Shown: positions 1 through 8,013, counted from the first letter of the stretch. The stretch: 64,000 nt of DNA from an uncultured Candidatus Saccharibacteria bacterium (GCA_964572275.1 CAZNED010000002.1:12582-76581); one strand, 5' to 3'. Notes: generated by a model not told the origin, from the letters alone. Numbers and translations are program-made.

Positions 1-219
1 ATGATTTAATGCCTTATTAACCCCTAAGCCATTAAAATGATCATCGTGATCTCTTAAATCCCATGCTTCATGCTCTCCGCAGGAAGCCCCTGAGGGAGCC
101 GAAGCGGAGTAAACGCGATCATCTAAGTCGGTCGTTAAATTAACTTTTACCGTTGGCTCTCCTCGCGAGTTTATGATCATCCTTCCCTTGATTGATTTAA
201 TCCGAACCCGATCAATCAT
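1..219 (-). CDS. eno: Enolase, N-terminal 73 codons; the gene runs off the window start
   Basis: Minus-strand translation from the ATG at 219..217 gives MIDRVRIKSIKGRMIINSRGEPTVKVNLTTDLDDRVYSASAPSGASCGEHEAWDLRDHDD. This matches the conserved enolase N-terminus (I.DSRGNPTVEV...AAPSGASTG..EA.ELRD). It overlaps the stop of the next gene by 8 nt. Confidence 0.85.
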   Translation of the reverse strand, partial: MIDRVRIKSIKGRMIINSRGEPTVKVNLTTDLDDRVYSASAPSGASCGEHEAWDLRDHDDHFNGLGVNKALNH

Positions 220-985
220 TATTAAATGCTAAATACTTGTTTGCCTCCAGCCAACCCTTTTCAGTATTAAGATCAAATTGATGACCCTTCATTTCATAGC
301 CATATATCACTTTACCGCTATTAACCATTGCGACTAGAGTTTTCTCAAAATCAATATCTTCTCCCCTACGTTCTTTTTTGAATTCAGCCAACATTTCTTC
401 AAAATCTTTACCAATAATTGATCGCCCGATTATCTTTAAAGAAGATTCTTGTCCTTCACTTGACTCTATCTCTTTAACTTTATAAATCCTTTCGGCTATT
501 TTTTCAGCGATAACATTAATGCCCGAGAAATCTTGAGGTGAAGACGATAAACCAAGAACTGTTTTCTCGGTTGTTTTAAAAAGATTCAAAAGCTGAACAC
601 AGGCCCCTTCTCCTCCGGACAATAGGTAATTAGCCTCTATCACAACCACGGCCTCTCCTCTAATTCCGCCTTTAGCTCGTGTTGAAAATAAATCAAGCAC
701 ACTATCACCTTGGATAAAGGAGAACTTTATGCGCTCATAATCATGCTTCGCTGCACTATCAGCATTATGCTGAAATCCTTCTTGGTCAAAATAATCACAT
801 ATTTCTTTTTTCTCAGCAGGACCGACTAAAATTACCTCTTCTACTCCTACGGATACAGCTTCGTCAACTAGTCTTGCTATAAGCGGTTGTCCATGCAAGA
901 GCCAAAACTCCGGTGGAACCATTCTTCCCAAGGGCAATGTTTTTGATTCGAGATGAGATAAAATAATTGCTGCTTTTTTAATCAT
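212..985 (-). CDS. Sugar-1-phosphate nucleotidyltransferase (UTP-glucose-1-phosphate uridylyltransferase-like)
   Basis: 257 aa. The N-terminal KAAIILSHLESKTLPLGRMVPPEFWLLHGQPLIARLVDEA matches the nucleotidyltransferase G-rich loop/PxxK region of GalU/RmlA-type enzymes. Confidence 0.6.
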   Translation of the reverse strand: MIKKAAIILSHLESKTLPLGRMVPPEFWLLHGQPLIARLVDEAVSVGVEEVILVGPAEKKEICDYFDQEGFQHNADSAAKHDYERIKFSFIQGDSVLDLFSTRAKGGIRGEAVVVIEANYLLSGGEGACVQLLNLFKTTEKTVLGLSSSPQDFSGINVIAEKIAERIYKVKEIESSEGQESSLKIIGRSIIGKDFEEMLAEFKKERRGEDIDFEKTLVAMVNSGKVIYGYEMKGHQFDLNTEKGWLEANKYLAFNND

Positions 986-986
986 C

Positions 987-2219
987 TTAAGATTTTCTTC
1001 TCATGAAAGCAGGTATTTCCCATAACTTCTCTTGTGAAGTTTTCTGGAATTCACTTTTCTTCTTCTGCTCTTTTACATCTAATGCATTAAGCCTCTTAAC
1101 TTTTTTCACTTTAATGTTTTTGGCTTCATCAGAGATATCTGTTTTTTTAGATTTTTGAGATGATGCAGGATTTTTCTTCACTTTTTTCTTAATATTTTTA
1201 TTTTGTTCTTTTTTCTTTCTCATAACTTTCTTTTCAGGCGCATCTGAAGCTTTGGATTTGATGGCACTGATTGAAAGCAATACCACTCTAATTTTATCTT
1301 TAAAATCATTCTTACGGTCAACCCCAAAAATGATCTGAGCCCCTGGATTAGGCTTCTTCACCCCTTGGCTAATCATACTGACTTCTGCCATTTTTAAATC
1401 AGACCCACCTGAAATATGAAGTAAAACTTTCTGGGCCGGCATCGGATCAGAATAATAGAAATCATAATGTGTAATTCCTTGCAAGGCGTCTTCTAGGCGC
1501 TTTTCTCCTTGAGTCGTAACGCTATTCAGAAAAGCATTTTGCTCATGACCATGCAAAATAGCCTTCAAGTCCGAAAAATCAATATTGATTAAGCTCGGTT
1601 GACGGATAATCTCAAGTAATGCATTCAAATTATCTATTAGATTTTGATTGATTAAAGAAAGCGCGGCACTAAAAGAAGTTTGATTACCGGCGACTTCGAA
1701 AATCTTTTCGTTACTTAAAATCAATTGAGCATCTAAGTAAGGAGCTGATTCTCTTAATGATTGTTGCGCCAATCTTTGTCTCTTCTGTCCTTCAAAAGCA
1801 AAGGGCATGGTAAAGACTCCCATGCCCAAAGCATTACTTTCTCGTGCTGCTTTAGCAAAAATTGGAGCCGCTCCAGATCCTATTCCTCCACCAAGACAAG
1901 TAACCAAAATAAATAGATCAACATCCATAAACAATGACTTGATTTCGTCCATTGATTCTTTGGCTATCTTCTCTCCCAAAGCAAAATTCATGCCGGTTCC
2001 TAACCCGCAAGTACTTTCACTGCCAAAAGAAAAAAGCGCCAGGTGATCATTTTTAACTCTTTGTAAGTTAACAAGATCAGTATCAGCCGCTATAAAATTA
2101 ACGCTTGGCAGGCGTTGGCTCATTTCTGCCACAATTGAACAACCACCGCCACCCAATCCTATTATCCTGATTCTTATTCCCCGTGCTTTTTGAATTTGTG
2201 ATGATCGTGCCTTGGTCAT
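987..2219 (-). CDS. ftsZ: Cell division GTPase FtsZ
   Basis: 410 aa. It has IRIIGLGGGGCSIV, the tubulin signature GLGTGMN-like GGGIGSGAAP, a lysine-rich linker and the C-terminal conserved peptide EIPAFMRRK. Confidence 0.95.
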   Translation of the reverse strand: MTKARSSQIQKARGIRIRIIGLGGGGCSIVAEMSQRLPSVNFIAADTDLVNLQRVKNDHLALFSFGSESTCGLGTGMNFALGEKIAKESMDEIKSLFMDVDLFILVTCLGGGIGSGAAPIFAKAARESNALGMGVFTMPFAFEGQKRQRLAQQSLRESAPYLDAQLILSNEKIFEVAGNQTSFSAALSLINQNLIDNLNALLEIIRQPSLINIDFSDLKAILHGHEQNAFLNSVTTQGEKRLEDALQGITHYDFYYSDPMPAQKVLLHISGGSDLKMAEVSMISQGVKKPNPGAQIIFGVDRKNDFKDKIRVVLLSISAIKSKASDAPEKKVMRKKKEQNKNIKKKVKKNPASSQKSKKTDISDEAKNIKVKKVKRLNALDVKEQKKKSEFQKTSQEKLWEIPAFMRRKS

Positions 2220-2259
2220 AGAATGATGATTAATAGATTATTTTAACACAGAGAATCCG

Positions 2260-3027
2260 TTAATCAAAATTCTTTTGAGCGATTAAAAAGCGCCATTGTT
2301 CATATTGATCCTGGCCGAAATAATACTGAAATTCAGGATTAATTATTTCCGTAATCTTTTCTTTTTGGGTTGAATCAAACTCAAGCCAGAATGATCCATC
2401 TTTTTTAAGATACTTGGGAACTGCTTTAAGAAATCTTTTGATTAAATATAATCCGTCGTCTTTGCTAATCAAAGCTGATGCCGGTTCATAGCATTTAACT
2501 GAATCAGGTAATTGATCAAACGATTCTTCTCCAATATAAGGAGGATTAGCTGTAATCAGATCGTATTGATCTGTTATTCCCTCAAAGATATCGGTTTGTA
2601 TCAATCTAAATCTGTCCGAAGAAATTTTATTCAAAGATAAATTCAATTTTATTTGTTCTAAGCAATCTTTAGAGTTATCGGCAAAATCAACTTCTGCATA
2701 AGGCAAATGTCTTAATATTGCTATACCTATACAACCAGATCCAGCAAATAAATCCAAGCAAGAAATAGATTGTTTTTTGCTTTTAAATCTATCAATTAGT
2801 AACCCTGTCCAAAACTCTGTTTCAACCCTAGGAATCAATGGTCGAAATCTTAAATCGATCAAACAATCTAAAAAATGAACAAATCCTATTACATAAGCCA
2901 AGGGCTCTTGTTTCTCAATCCTCTTGAGATCTTTCGACATCTCTTGAGGCCAGGAGTCGGGATCATGTAAAGATTCTCTCAAGCCATATTTCTCTTTCAA
3001 TAACCATTCAATTACCCTTAAATCCAT
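2260..3027 (-). CDS. prmC: Release-factor glutamine N5-methyltransferase PrmC/HemK
   Basis: 255 aa. It carries the NPPY motif (ITANPPYIGEE) and a SAM-binding DLFAGSGCIGI. It overlaps rlmE by 20 nt. Confidence 0.8.
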   Translation of the reverse strand: MDLRVIEWLLKEKYGLRESLHDPDSWPQEMSKDLKRIEKQEPLAYVIGFVHFLDCLIDLRFRPLIPRVETEFWTGLLIDRFKSKKQSISCLDLFAGSGCIGIAILRHLPYAEVDFADNSKDCLEQIKLNLSLNKISSDRFRLIQTDIFEGITDQYDLITANPPYIGEESFDQLPDSVKCYEPASALISKDDGLYLIKRFLKAVPKYLKKDGSFWLEFDSTQKEKITEIINPEFQYYFGQDQYEQWRFLIAQKNFD

Positions 3028-3610
3028 TAGCTATTATATAAATTTCACGACTATTACGCCTAACAGCTTTAGGGCGGATTTGCTTCTGAAAAGAAAAAAC
3101 ATCTTTGATTTGCCGCCAAACAAGATCATGCTCCCCGCCTTCCAGTATTTTAAGAATTAAAAACCCTCCTTGTTTTAATAATAAATTAGATAATGCTAGA
3201 GCTCTCTCGGCTAGCTGTGCCGATCGTCCAGCATCTAAAGCGCGTACACCGGAAGTAGATGGAGCCATGTCTGAAATTAAGCCGTCTATTTTAGGACCAA
3301 AATTATTTTTATTCATGAATTCAATTAATTGATGATCCTCCATTTTGAAAATATCAAATTGTATGAAAATAAAATTATCAGATGTGATTCCAACATCCTT
3401 AAGATCAATACCCATAACCATTCCTTTTGGTTTTATTCGTTCTGAAACATAAAGTGCCCATGAACCAGGAGCGCAACCTAAATCCAAGATATGTTGTCCG
3501 GCTTTAAAAAGATTATATTTCTTATCAATCTCCATTAATTTATAGACGGAACGAGCCGGATAACCATCTTCCTTGGCTTTTTTAAAGAAAAAATCTTGGG
3601 ATTGATACAT
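3008..3610 (-). CDS. rlmE: 23S rRNA (uridine-2'-O)-methyltransferase RlmE/FtsJ
   Basis: 200 aa. RSVYKLMEIDKKYNLFKAGQHILDLGCAPGSWALYV is the FtsJ/RrmJ fold signature. Confidence 0.8.
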   Translation of the reverse strand: MYQSQDFFFKKAKEDGYPARSVYKLMEIDKKYNLFKAGQHILDLGCAPGSWALYVSERIKPKGMVMGIDLKDVGITSDNFIFIQFDIFKMEDHQLIEFMNKNNFGPKIDGLISDMAPSTSGVRALDAGRSAQLAERALALSNLLLKQGGFLILKILEGGEHDLVWRQIKDVFSFQKQIRPKAVRRNSREIYIIANGFKGN

Positions 3611-3689
3611 TATCAGTTATTCTATCATAAATAAGGAAAAGGGGGGCAGAGCGCACTATGTGTGGCTCCACCCCCACCCGGATGCCGCT

Positions 3690-3989
3690 CTACCAGCCCG
3701 GCATCACACCCCCTTGCGGGATGATTCCGAAGTAGACCAGTCGGTCCACTCCTTCCCTGAAGGGAAGTCCTGTGACGACCGCCGTTTCATCAACGACGCC
3801 CATGAGCGCGGCTTCGACAGCCGTGACGAGATTCTCCCTGTCACAGTAGACGAAAGCCTTCTTCTTGCCACCCGGCGCTCGAAACAGATCGGTCGTCTTG
3901 ACCGCCACCCCTGCCTCCGCGAGTCGCGTATGAACTTCGTGAGACAGAGCCCTATTCTCCGATGTTGGTCCTACGACTAGGACTTGCAT
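3690..3989 (-). CDS. Hypothetical 99-aa protein encoded in a GC-rich island, probably of foreign origin; possibly a Rossmann-like alpha/beta fold
   Basis: The ORF is MQVLVVGPTSENRALSHEV...GIIPQGGVMPGW with GC-rich codons and high GC3. A perfect AGGAG sits 6 nt upstream of the ATG (plus-strand ctcct at about 3997-4001). A GC-rich hairpin plus U-run follows the stop at about 3640-3689. The surrounding genome is AT-rich. Family is unassigned. Confidence 0.5.
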   Translation of the reverse strand: MQVLVVGPTSENRALSHEVHTRLAEAGVAVKTTDLFRAPGGKKKAFVYCDRENLVTAVEAALMGVVDETAVVTGLPFREGVDRLVYFGIIPQGGVMPGW

Positions 3990-4070
3990 CCGTCGCTCCT
4001 TTGGTGTTGGTCGATATGTAAATACGAGCCTTGAGATTTAGCTCCTCACCTCCTTTTCGGCTCATGCTTG

Positions 4071-4098
4071 ATTATATAATAATATTAAATTTTGTCAA
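4071..4098 (-). promoter_or_regulatory. Consensus sigma70-type promoter (TTGACA-16-TATAAT) on the minus strand, driving the GC-rich ORF
   Basis: Minus-strand reading gives TTGACA aaatttaatattatta TATAAT. The -35 is at 4093..4098 and the -10 at 4071..4076, about 75 nt upstream of the ORF's ATG. Confidence 0.45.
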
Positions 4099-4143
4099 AT
4101 AAAAAATCCCCCTCATGGAGGATAACTTCAAATAGCTATATGG

Positions 4144-4716
4144 TTATGAGAAAAATTTCTCAACTTTACTGGCAAGAGTCCCATCTTGGAGGATCTGTCC
4201 GTTAAACAGATCAACTACCGTCCATTCTTTTCCGCTATAAAGACAAATACCTTTCAGAAGCATATCATTATCTACTTCAACATCATTAGGAGATGAAATA
4301 TCTTTTTGCCCTGAAGGATTAGCTGAGGTTGCTGTTATGGGAAAACCGAACCTCTGGATCAATTTATTAGGAATATCGTTCTGAAACTGAATCACTCCGA
4401 TCAAATTACTTGGTCCGCTCAAAAGAGATGAAACTGATGATTTCTTTGGTAATAAAAATAAAATCGGATTTGGCCACAATTCTTTAATAATATCACGATG
4501 ATCTGCATCTAAATGAGCGATATCTTCAACTTGCGATAGACCACTAACAGCTACCGGGAAAGGCCTTTCCCCGACCGTTAAACCCTTTGCTTTTATTACT
4601 TTCATAATAGCCTCATCATCATAGATATTAGCACCCAAGGCATAACATGTATCTCCCGGATAAGCAATTACTCCGCCTTCTTTTAAAATCTTAACTGCTG
4701 ATAATATCTCATTCAT
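4144..4716 (-). CDS. tsaC: L-threonylcarbamoyladenylate synthase TsaC (YrdC-only form)
   Basis: 190 aa. GGVIAYPGDTCYALGAN and ITATSANPSG are YrdC/Sua5 family motifs. Confidence 0.8.
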   Translation of the reverse strand: MNEILSAVKILKEGGVIAYPGDTCYALGANIYDDEAIMKVIKAKGLTVGERPFPVAVSGLSQVEDIAHLDADHRDIIKELWPNPILFLLPKKSSVSSLLSGPSNLIGVIQFQNDIPNKLIQRFGFPITATSANPSGQKDISSPNDVEVDNDMLLKGICLYSGKEWTVVDLFNGQILQDGTLASKVEKFFS

Positions 4717-4758
4717 ACATTATTATTATATCCTAAAAGATATAAAGTGTCATTGCTC

Positions 4759-4786
4759 TTGACAAAAATAAGCCTGTTGATATAAT
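4759..4786 (+). promoter_or_regulatory. Consensus promoter with extended -10 (TTGACA-16-TGaTATAAT)
   Basis: TTGACA is at 4759..4764 and tTGaTATAAT at 4777..4786, on the plus strand. It lies directly upstream of a GC-rich structured segment that ends in an intrinsic terminator. Confidence 0.5.
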
Positions 4787-4793
4787 ACTGTAA

Positions 4794-4910
4794 TTCTAGG
4801 CCCACCCGGAGCCAGACACACCACCCGGAAAGCGGGGGCCTTCCGCAGCAAGTGCGTCCCCCGCTATCCCCCTTATCCGGACCCCGTAGCCTCTCTGTGA
4901 GAGGCTTTTT
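4794..4910 (+). ncRNA. Small structured GC-rich RNA (about 117 nt), candidate SRP (4.5S/ffs) RNA
   Basis: An AT-rich intergenic region contains a GC-rich segment, GGCCCACCCGGAGCC...CCGGAAAGCGGGGGCCUUCCGCAGCAAGUGCGUCCCCCGCU...CCGGACCCCGUAGCC. It can form an extended hairpin: an 8-bp AGCGGGGG/CCCCCGCU stem enclosing a GCAAG-capped helix. A consensus promoter precedes it and the terminator hairpin AGCCUCUCUGUGAGAGGCU+UUUUU follows. Size and single-hairpin architecture fit bacterial 4.5S RNA. I could not cleanly confirm the exact domain IV motif by eye. Confidence 0.45.
4888..4910 (+). terminator. Rho-independent terminator of the small RNA
   Basis: agcctctctgtgagaggct followed by ttttt. Confidence 0.6.
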
Positions 4911-4977
4911 CCTATTTAAAATATTTATTCCTTAATTTTATATTTAAAAAAATCGAGAGATTACTTTTTAAATAGTT

Positions 4978-5051
4978 TGGCTCGGGGGCAGGGATTCGAA
5001 CCCCGATTACTAGGGCCAGAACCTAGTGTCCTGCCGTTAGACGACCCCCGA
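4978..5051 (-). tRNA. tRNA-Gln (anticodon CUG), CCA encoded
   Basis: The reverse complement UCGGGGGUCGUCUAACGGCAGGACACUAGGUUCUGGCCCUAGUAAUCGGGGUUCGAAUCCCUGCCCCCGAGCCA folds as a cloverleaf. The acceptor is UCGGGGG/CCCCCGA, the anticodon loop is UUCUGGC, and there is a GGUUCGAAUCC T-arm. Confidence 0.85.
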
Positions 5052-5078
5052 ATAATAATGAAATTCTACCAACCAATA

Positions 5079-5993
5079 TTATATTTTCAAATGGCGATGA
5101 ACAGCTAATAATGTCGAGAAAAATCCCAATAACAACCCAACCAAAAACTGAATGACAATCAAATAAAAAATATTATGAATTAAATAATTCCAAAGACTGA
5201 AACCTGGAATTAATATCTCTGTTTTAGGAGATAAGAAATATATCAATGGAACAAAGACAACCGCTACCAATAAAAACGCTATCAACCCACTGATCAATCC
5301 CTGAATAATGAATGGAGCACGCGTAAACCAAGCCGGTGATCCCACTAACTTCATTGTCTCTATCTCCCAGCGAGAAGCGTTGATTGAGATTCTGATGGTG
5401 CTGAAAGCTATTAATATAACTAACAGTATCAAGAAAATAGCAACAATAATACCCATTAATCTTAACTGATTGGTCATTGAAAAAACACGATCTATGACTG
5501 CCTCTCGATGATAATAATCTACTTTATTCAATAAACGAGAATGATGTTCTACCAAATAATCAGAAATATCAGCATACTTCTCCGGATTACTGACAATAAT
5601 ATCCAAAGAAGCCAAAAAGGGATTATCGCCTACTTGATCTAATGCTCTTTGATATAAAGAATCTCCGCGATAACGATCTAAAAAATGATTCAAGGCTTCT
5701 TCCGCCGATACAATTTTAATCTCATGGATATCATCCGGGAAATTAAGAAACAACTCCTCTTTAACCATCATCATATCAGCCGGATCAGTCTCTCTTTGGA
5801 AATAAGCGGCTACGCTAACTTGTTGACTTATCTGTTCCACCACCGCCTCAGATAATCCTTTTAATAAGAATATAGAACTGATTAAGAAAATAACTACAGC
5901 TATCACCAGAATTATTATCCAGCTTGATTCCTTGCTTCTCTTAAAATTAACCCATCCGAAGTTCAATGCTCTTTTAATAGAAATTAGATTCAT
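5079..5993 (-). CDS. ftsX: Cell division ABC transporter permease FtsX
   Basis: 304 aa. It has an N-terminal TM, a periplasmic domain and three C-terminal TMs, and sits immediately downstream of ftsE. Confidence 0.85.
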   Translation of the reverse strand: MNLISIKRALNFGWVNFKRSKESSWIIILVIAVVIFLISSIFLLKGLSEAVVEQISQQVSVAAYFQRETDPADMMMVKEELFLNFPDDIHEIKIVSAEEALNHFLDRYRGDSLYQRALDQVGDNPFLASLDIIVSNPEKYADISDYLVEHHSRLLNKVDYYHREAVIDRVFSMTNQLRLMGIIVAIFLILLVILIAFSTIRISINASRWEIETMKLVGSPAWFTRAPFIIQGLISGLIAFLLVAVVFVPLIYFLSPKTEILIPGFSLWNYLIHNIFYLIVIQFLVGLLLGFFSTLLAVHRHLKI

Positions 5994-5995
5994 TA

Positions 5996-6679
5996 TTAGA
6001 AAACAAAATTACGACTAGTATTATCATCACGAATAACTCGGCCTTGATGTAGAGCGACTACCCTCCCCTCTGTTTGAGCGATAACATCACGATCATGAGT
6101 GGCAATAATAATGGTTGTCCCCATGTTATGAATTTTCTTGAGTAATTCTACAATATCCCAAGTATTATAAGGATCAAGGTTGCCACTCGGCTCATCAGCC
6201 ATAATCACCTCCGGTTGGTGAACTAAAGCGCGGGCAATGGCCAATCTCTGTTTCTCTCCTCCGGAAAGCTGATCGGGGAAACAATCAGCCTTATCCCCTA
6301 ACCCAACAATATTAAGAACCCTAGGAACATCACGATTAATTTCCTCGTCGGTTGCCCCAATTACACTTAAAACGTAGGCCGCATTACCATATACGGTTTG
6401 TTGGGGCAATAATTTATAATCTTGATACACCACTCCTATCTTCTGTCGCAGTTGGCATATCTCTCGGGGCTTCATAGAACTAACCATATGGTTCTGGAAA
6501 TAAACCTGACCGGAAGTAGGCAGTTCTTCTCTGATTAATAATTTAATTAAAGTTGTCTTACCTGATCCGGATTTACCAACAATAGTCATAAACTCCCCTT
6601 GTTTTATCTCCAACGTCACATTATCAATAGCTAAACAGGAATTTGGATATTTCTTACTAACTTGGTCAAATTTAATCAT
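5996..6679 (-). CDS. ftsE: Cell division ABC transporter ATPase FtsE
   Basis: 227 aa. Walker A is GKSGSGKTT, the ABC signature is LSGGEKQRLAIARAL, and Walker B is VIMADEPSGNLD. Confidence 0.9.
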   Translation of the reverse strand: MIKFDQVSKKYPNSCLAIDNVTLEIKQGEFMTIVGKSGSGKTTLIKLLIREELPTSGQVYFQNHMVSSMKPREICQLRQKIGVVYQDYKLLPQQTVYGNAAYVLSVIGATDEEINRDVPRVLNIVGLGDKADCFPDQLSGGEKQRLAIARALVHQPEVIMADEPSGNLDPYNTWDIVELLKKIHNMGTTIIIATHDRDVIAQTEGRVVALHQGRVIRDDNTSRNFVF

Positions 6680-7779
6680 TATTGAGCTTTATTTCAGCTT
6701 TAATAAATTCATCTAATTCGCCCTCCAATACAGCCGCTACGTTAGAAGTCTCTACTTCTGTCCGATAGTCTTTAACCAATTGATATGGCTGCAGGATATA
6801 AGAACGAATCTGCTTACCCCAAGCCGCGCTCTTAACACCGCTCTTTAACGAGGCTCTTTTTTCATCATTCTCTTCGGCTTGTCTCTGATGAAGTTTCGCT
6901 TTCAATATTTTCATAGCCATCTCTCTATTAGCCCCTTGTGATCTTCCCGCTTGGCAAGCCACTTGTATCTTAGTAGGCAGATGAGTAATCCTAATTGCCG
7001 ATTCAGTTTTATTGACATATTGCCCGCCCGGACCGGAGGCTCGATATGTATCTACTCTTAAGTCAGCAGGATTCAGTTCAACGTCTTCATTCTTAGGTAA
7101 GATCGGCAAGACCTCTACTAAGGCGAAAGAGGTATGCCTTAATTGCTGTTCAGAAAATGGAGAGATCCTTACTAGCCGATGCACACCTTTCTCTCCTTTG
7201 AGATATCCAAATGCATGTTTCCCGTCCACCTCAATCACTATCTCTTTTAGCCCAATGCGCCCATCCGGCCCACCGGGCTCTCCGAAGGATTGATCTAAGA
7301 TAGATAATCGCCAACCCCGACCTTCAGCATATCTTTGATACATTCTGGTCAGCATAGCCACCCAATCTTCGGCTTCTCGCCCACCGGCACCGGAAGTGAT
7401 TTCCATAACTGCGCCCCCTTTATCATAATCACTATTCAAGAAGCGATAAACTTCTTGCTGATCAATTTCTTTCCTAAGCGTATTTATTTGTTCTTCCACC
7501 ATCCCCTGCATATCTTCATCCTGCTCAGCCAATTGAGCTAGTTCTAACAAATCATCTACTTTCTTTTTTAAAAGAGCTAAACTGTTAACCTCTTCTTCCT
7601 TTTCGGCTAATTCTTTACTGATTTTAACGGCCCGATCGCGATCAGCCCAAAAATCAAGTTTCTCTGTTTCGGCTTTAATTTTCTTAACCTCTTCTTGTTT
7701 AGTCGCCCAGTCAAAGACAGTCCATCACTTGATGGACCCTCTTCTGCAATTCATTAATTTTTATCTCTAAAAGTGTCAT
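6672..7779 (-). CDS. prfB: Peptide chain release factor 2, requiring a programmed +1 ribosomal frameshift
   Basis: The downstream frame carries the GGQ motif (RASGPGGQYVNKTESAIRITHLPT) and SGAGGREAEDW. The short 0-frame N-terminus MTLLEIKINELQKRVHQVMDCL ends at CUU UGA C (plus coords 7710..7716). The +1 frame continues DWATKQEEVKKIKAETEKLDFWADRDRAV..., which parallels E. coli RF2 DYDAKKERLEEV... Confidence 0.85.
7710..7716 (-). other. RF2 autoregulatory +1 frameshift site CUU UGA C
   Basis: The minus strand reads ...GAC UGU CUU UGA CUG GGC G...; the in-frame UGA comes after a Leu-CUU codon, as in characterised prfB genes. Confidence 0.8.
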
Positions 7780-7787
7780 GTAATATG

Positions 7788-7859
7788 AGCCGAGAGCGGG
7801 AGTTGAACCCGCGACCTAACGCTTACGAAGCGCTTGCTCTACCTCTGAGCTATCTCGGC
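7788..7859 (-). tRNA. tRNA-Thr (anticodon CGU), no encoded CCA
   Basis: The reverse complement is GCCGAGAUAGCUCAGAGGUAGAGCAAGCGCUUCGUAAGCGUUAGGUCGCGGGUUCAACUCCCGCUCUCGGCU. The acceptor is GCCGAGA/UCUCGGC and the anticodon loop is UUCGUAA. Confidence 0.85.
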
Positions 7860-7941
7860 TGACGTTCAATGCCCAGAGTCAACTTTATCAAAAAAATCTG
7901 AAAAAGAAACTGTTTATTGTCATTTTCTGTTAAATAACTTG

Positions 7942-8013
7942 AGCGGCAGACGGGAATTGAACCCGCGACCTTCTGCTTGGGAAGCAGACGTTCTGCCTCT
8001 GAACTACTGCCGC
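7942..8013 (-). tRNA. tRNA-Gly (anticodon CCC), no encoded CCA
   Basis: The reverse complement is GCGGCAGUAGUUCAGAGGCAGAACGUCUGCUUCCCAAGCAGAAGGUCGCGGGUUCAAUUCCCGUCUGCCGCU. The acceptor is GCGGCAG/CUGCCGC and the anticodon loop is UUCCCAA. Confidence 0.85.

Noticed and set aside
1807-2046. Numerous 60-150-aa antisense or nested ORFs in the track (for example 1807..2046, 7012..7293, 9101..9349, 11020..11283, 16871..17320, 26422..26802, 40666..40971, 58723..59010, 62578..62925)
   Set aside because: All lie inside well-supported conserved genes on the opposite strand or in another frame. They show low-complexity or biased composition and lack start-signal context.
3660-3980. Plus-strand ORF 3660..3980 as the coding sequence of the GC island
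   Set aside because: It gives an Arg/His/Asp-rich product with no RBS. The opposite-strand ORF has the RBS, promoter and terminator in the correct orientation.
3640-4060. Considered whether the GC-rich island is tmRNA (ssrA) or another large structured RNA rather than a CDS
   Set aside because: No tRNA-like acceptor/T-arm (GGUUCGAxUCC...CCA pairing with a GGGG 5' end) is present on either strand, and no tag-peptide reading frame is visible. The minus-strand ORF has a perfectly placed AGGAG RBS and coding-like GC3, so a CDS is the better explanation.
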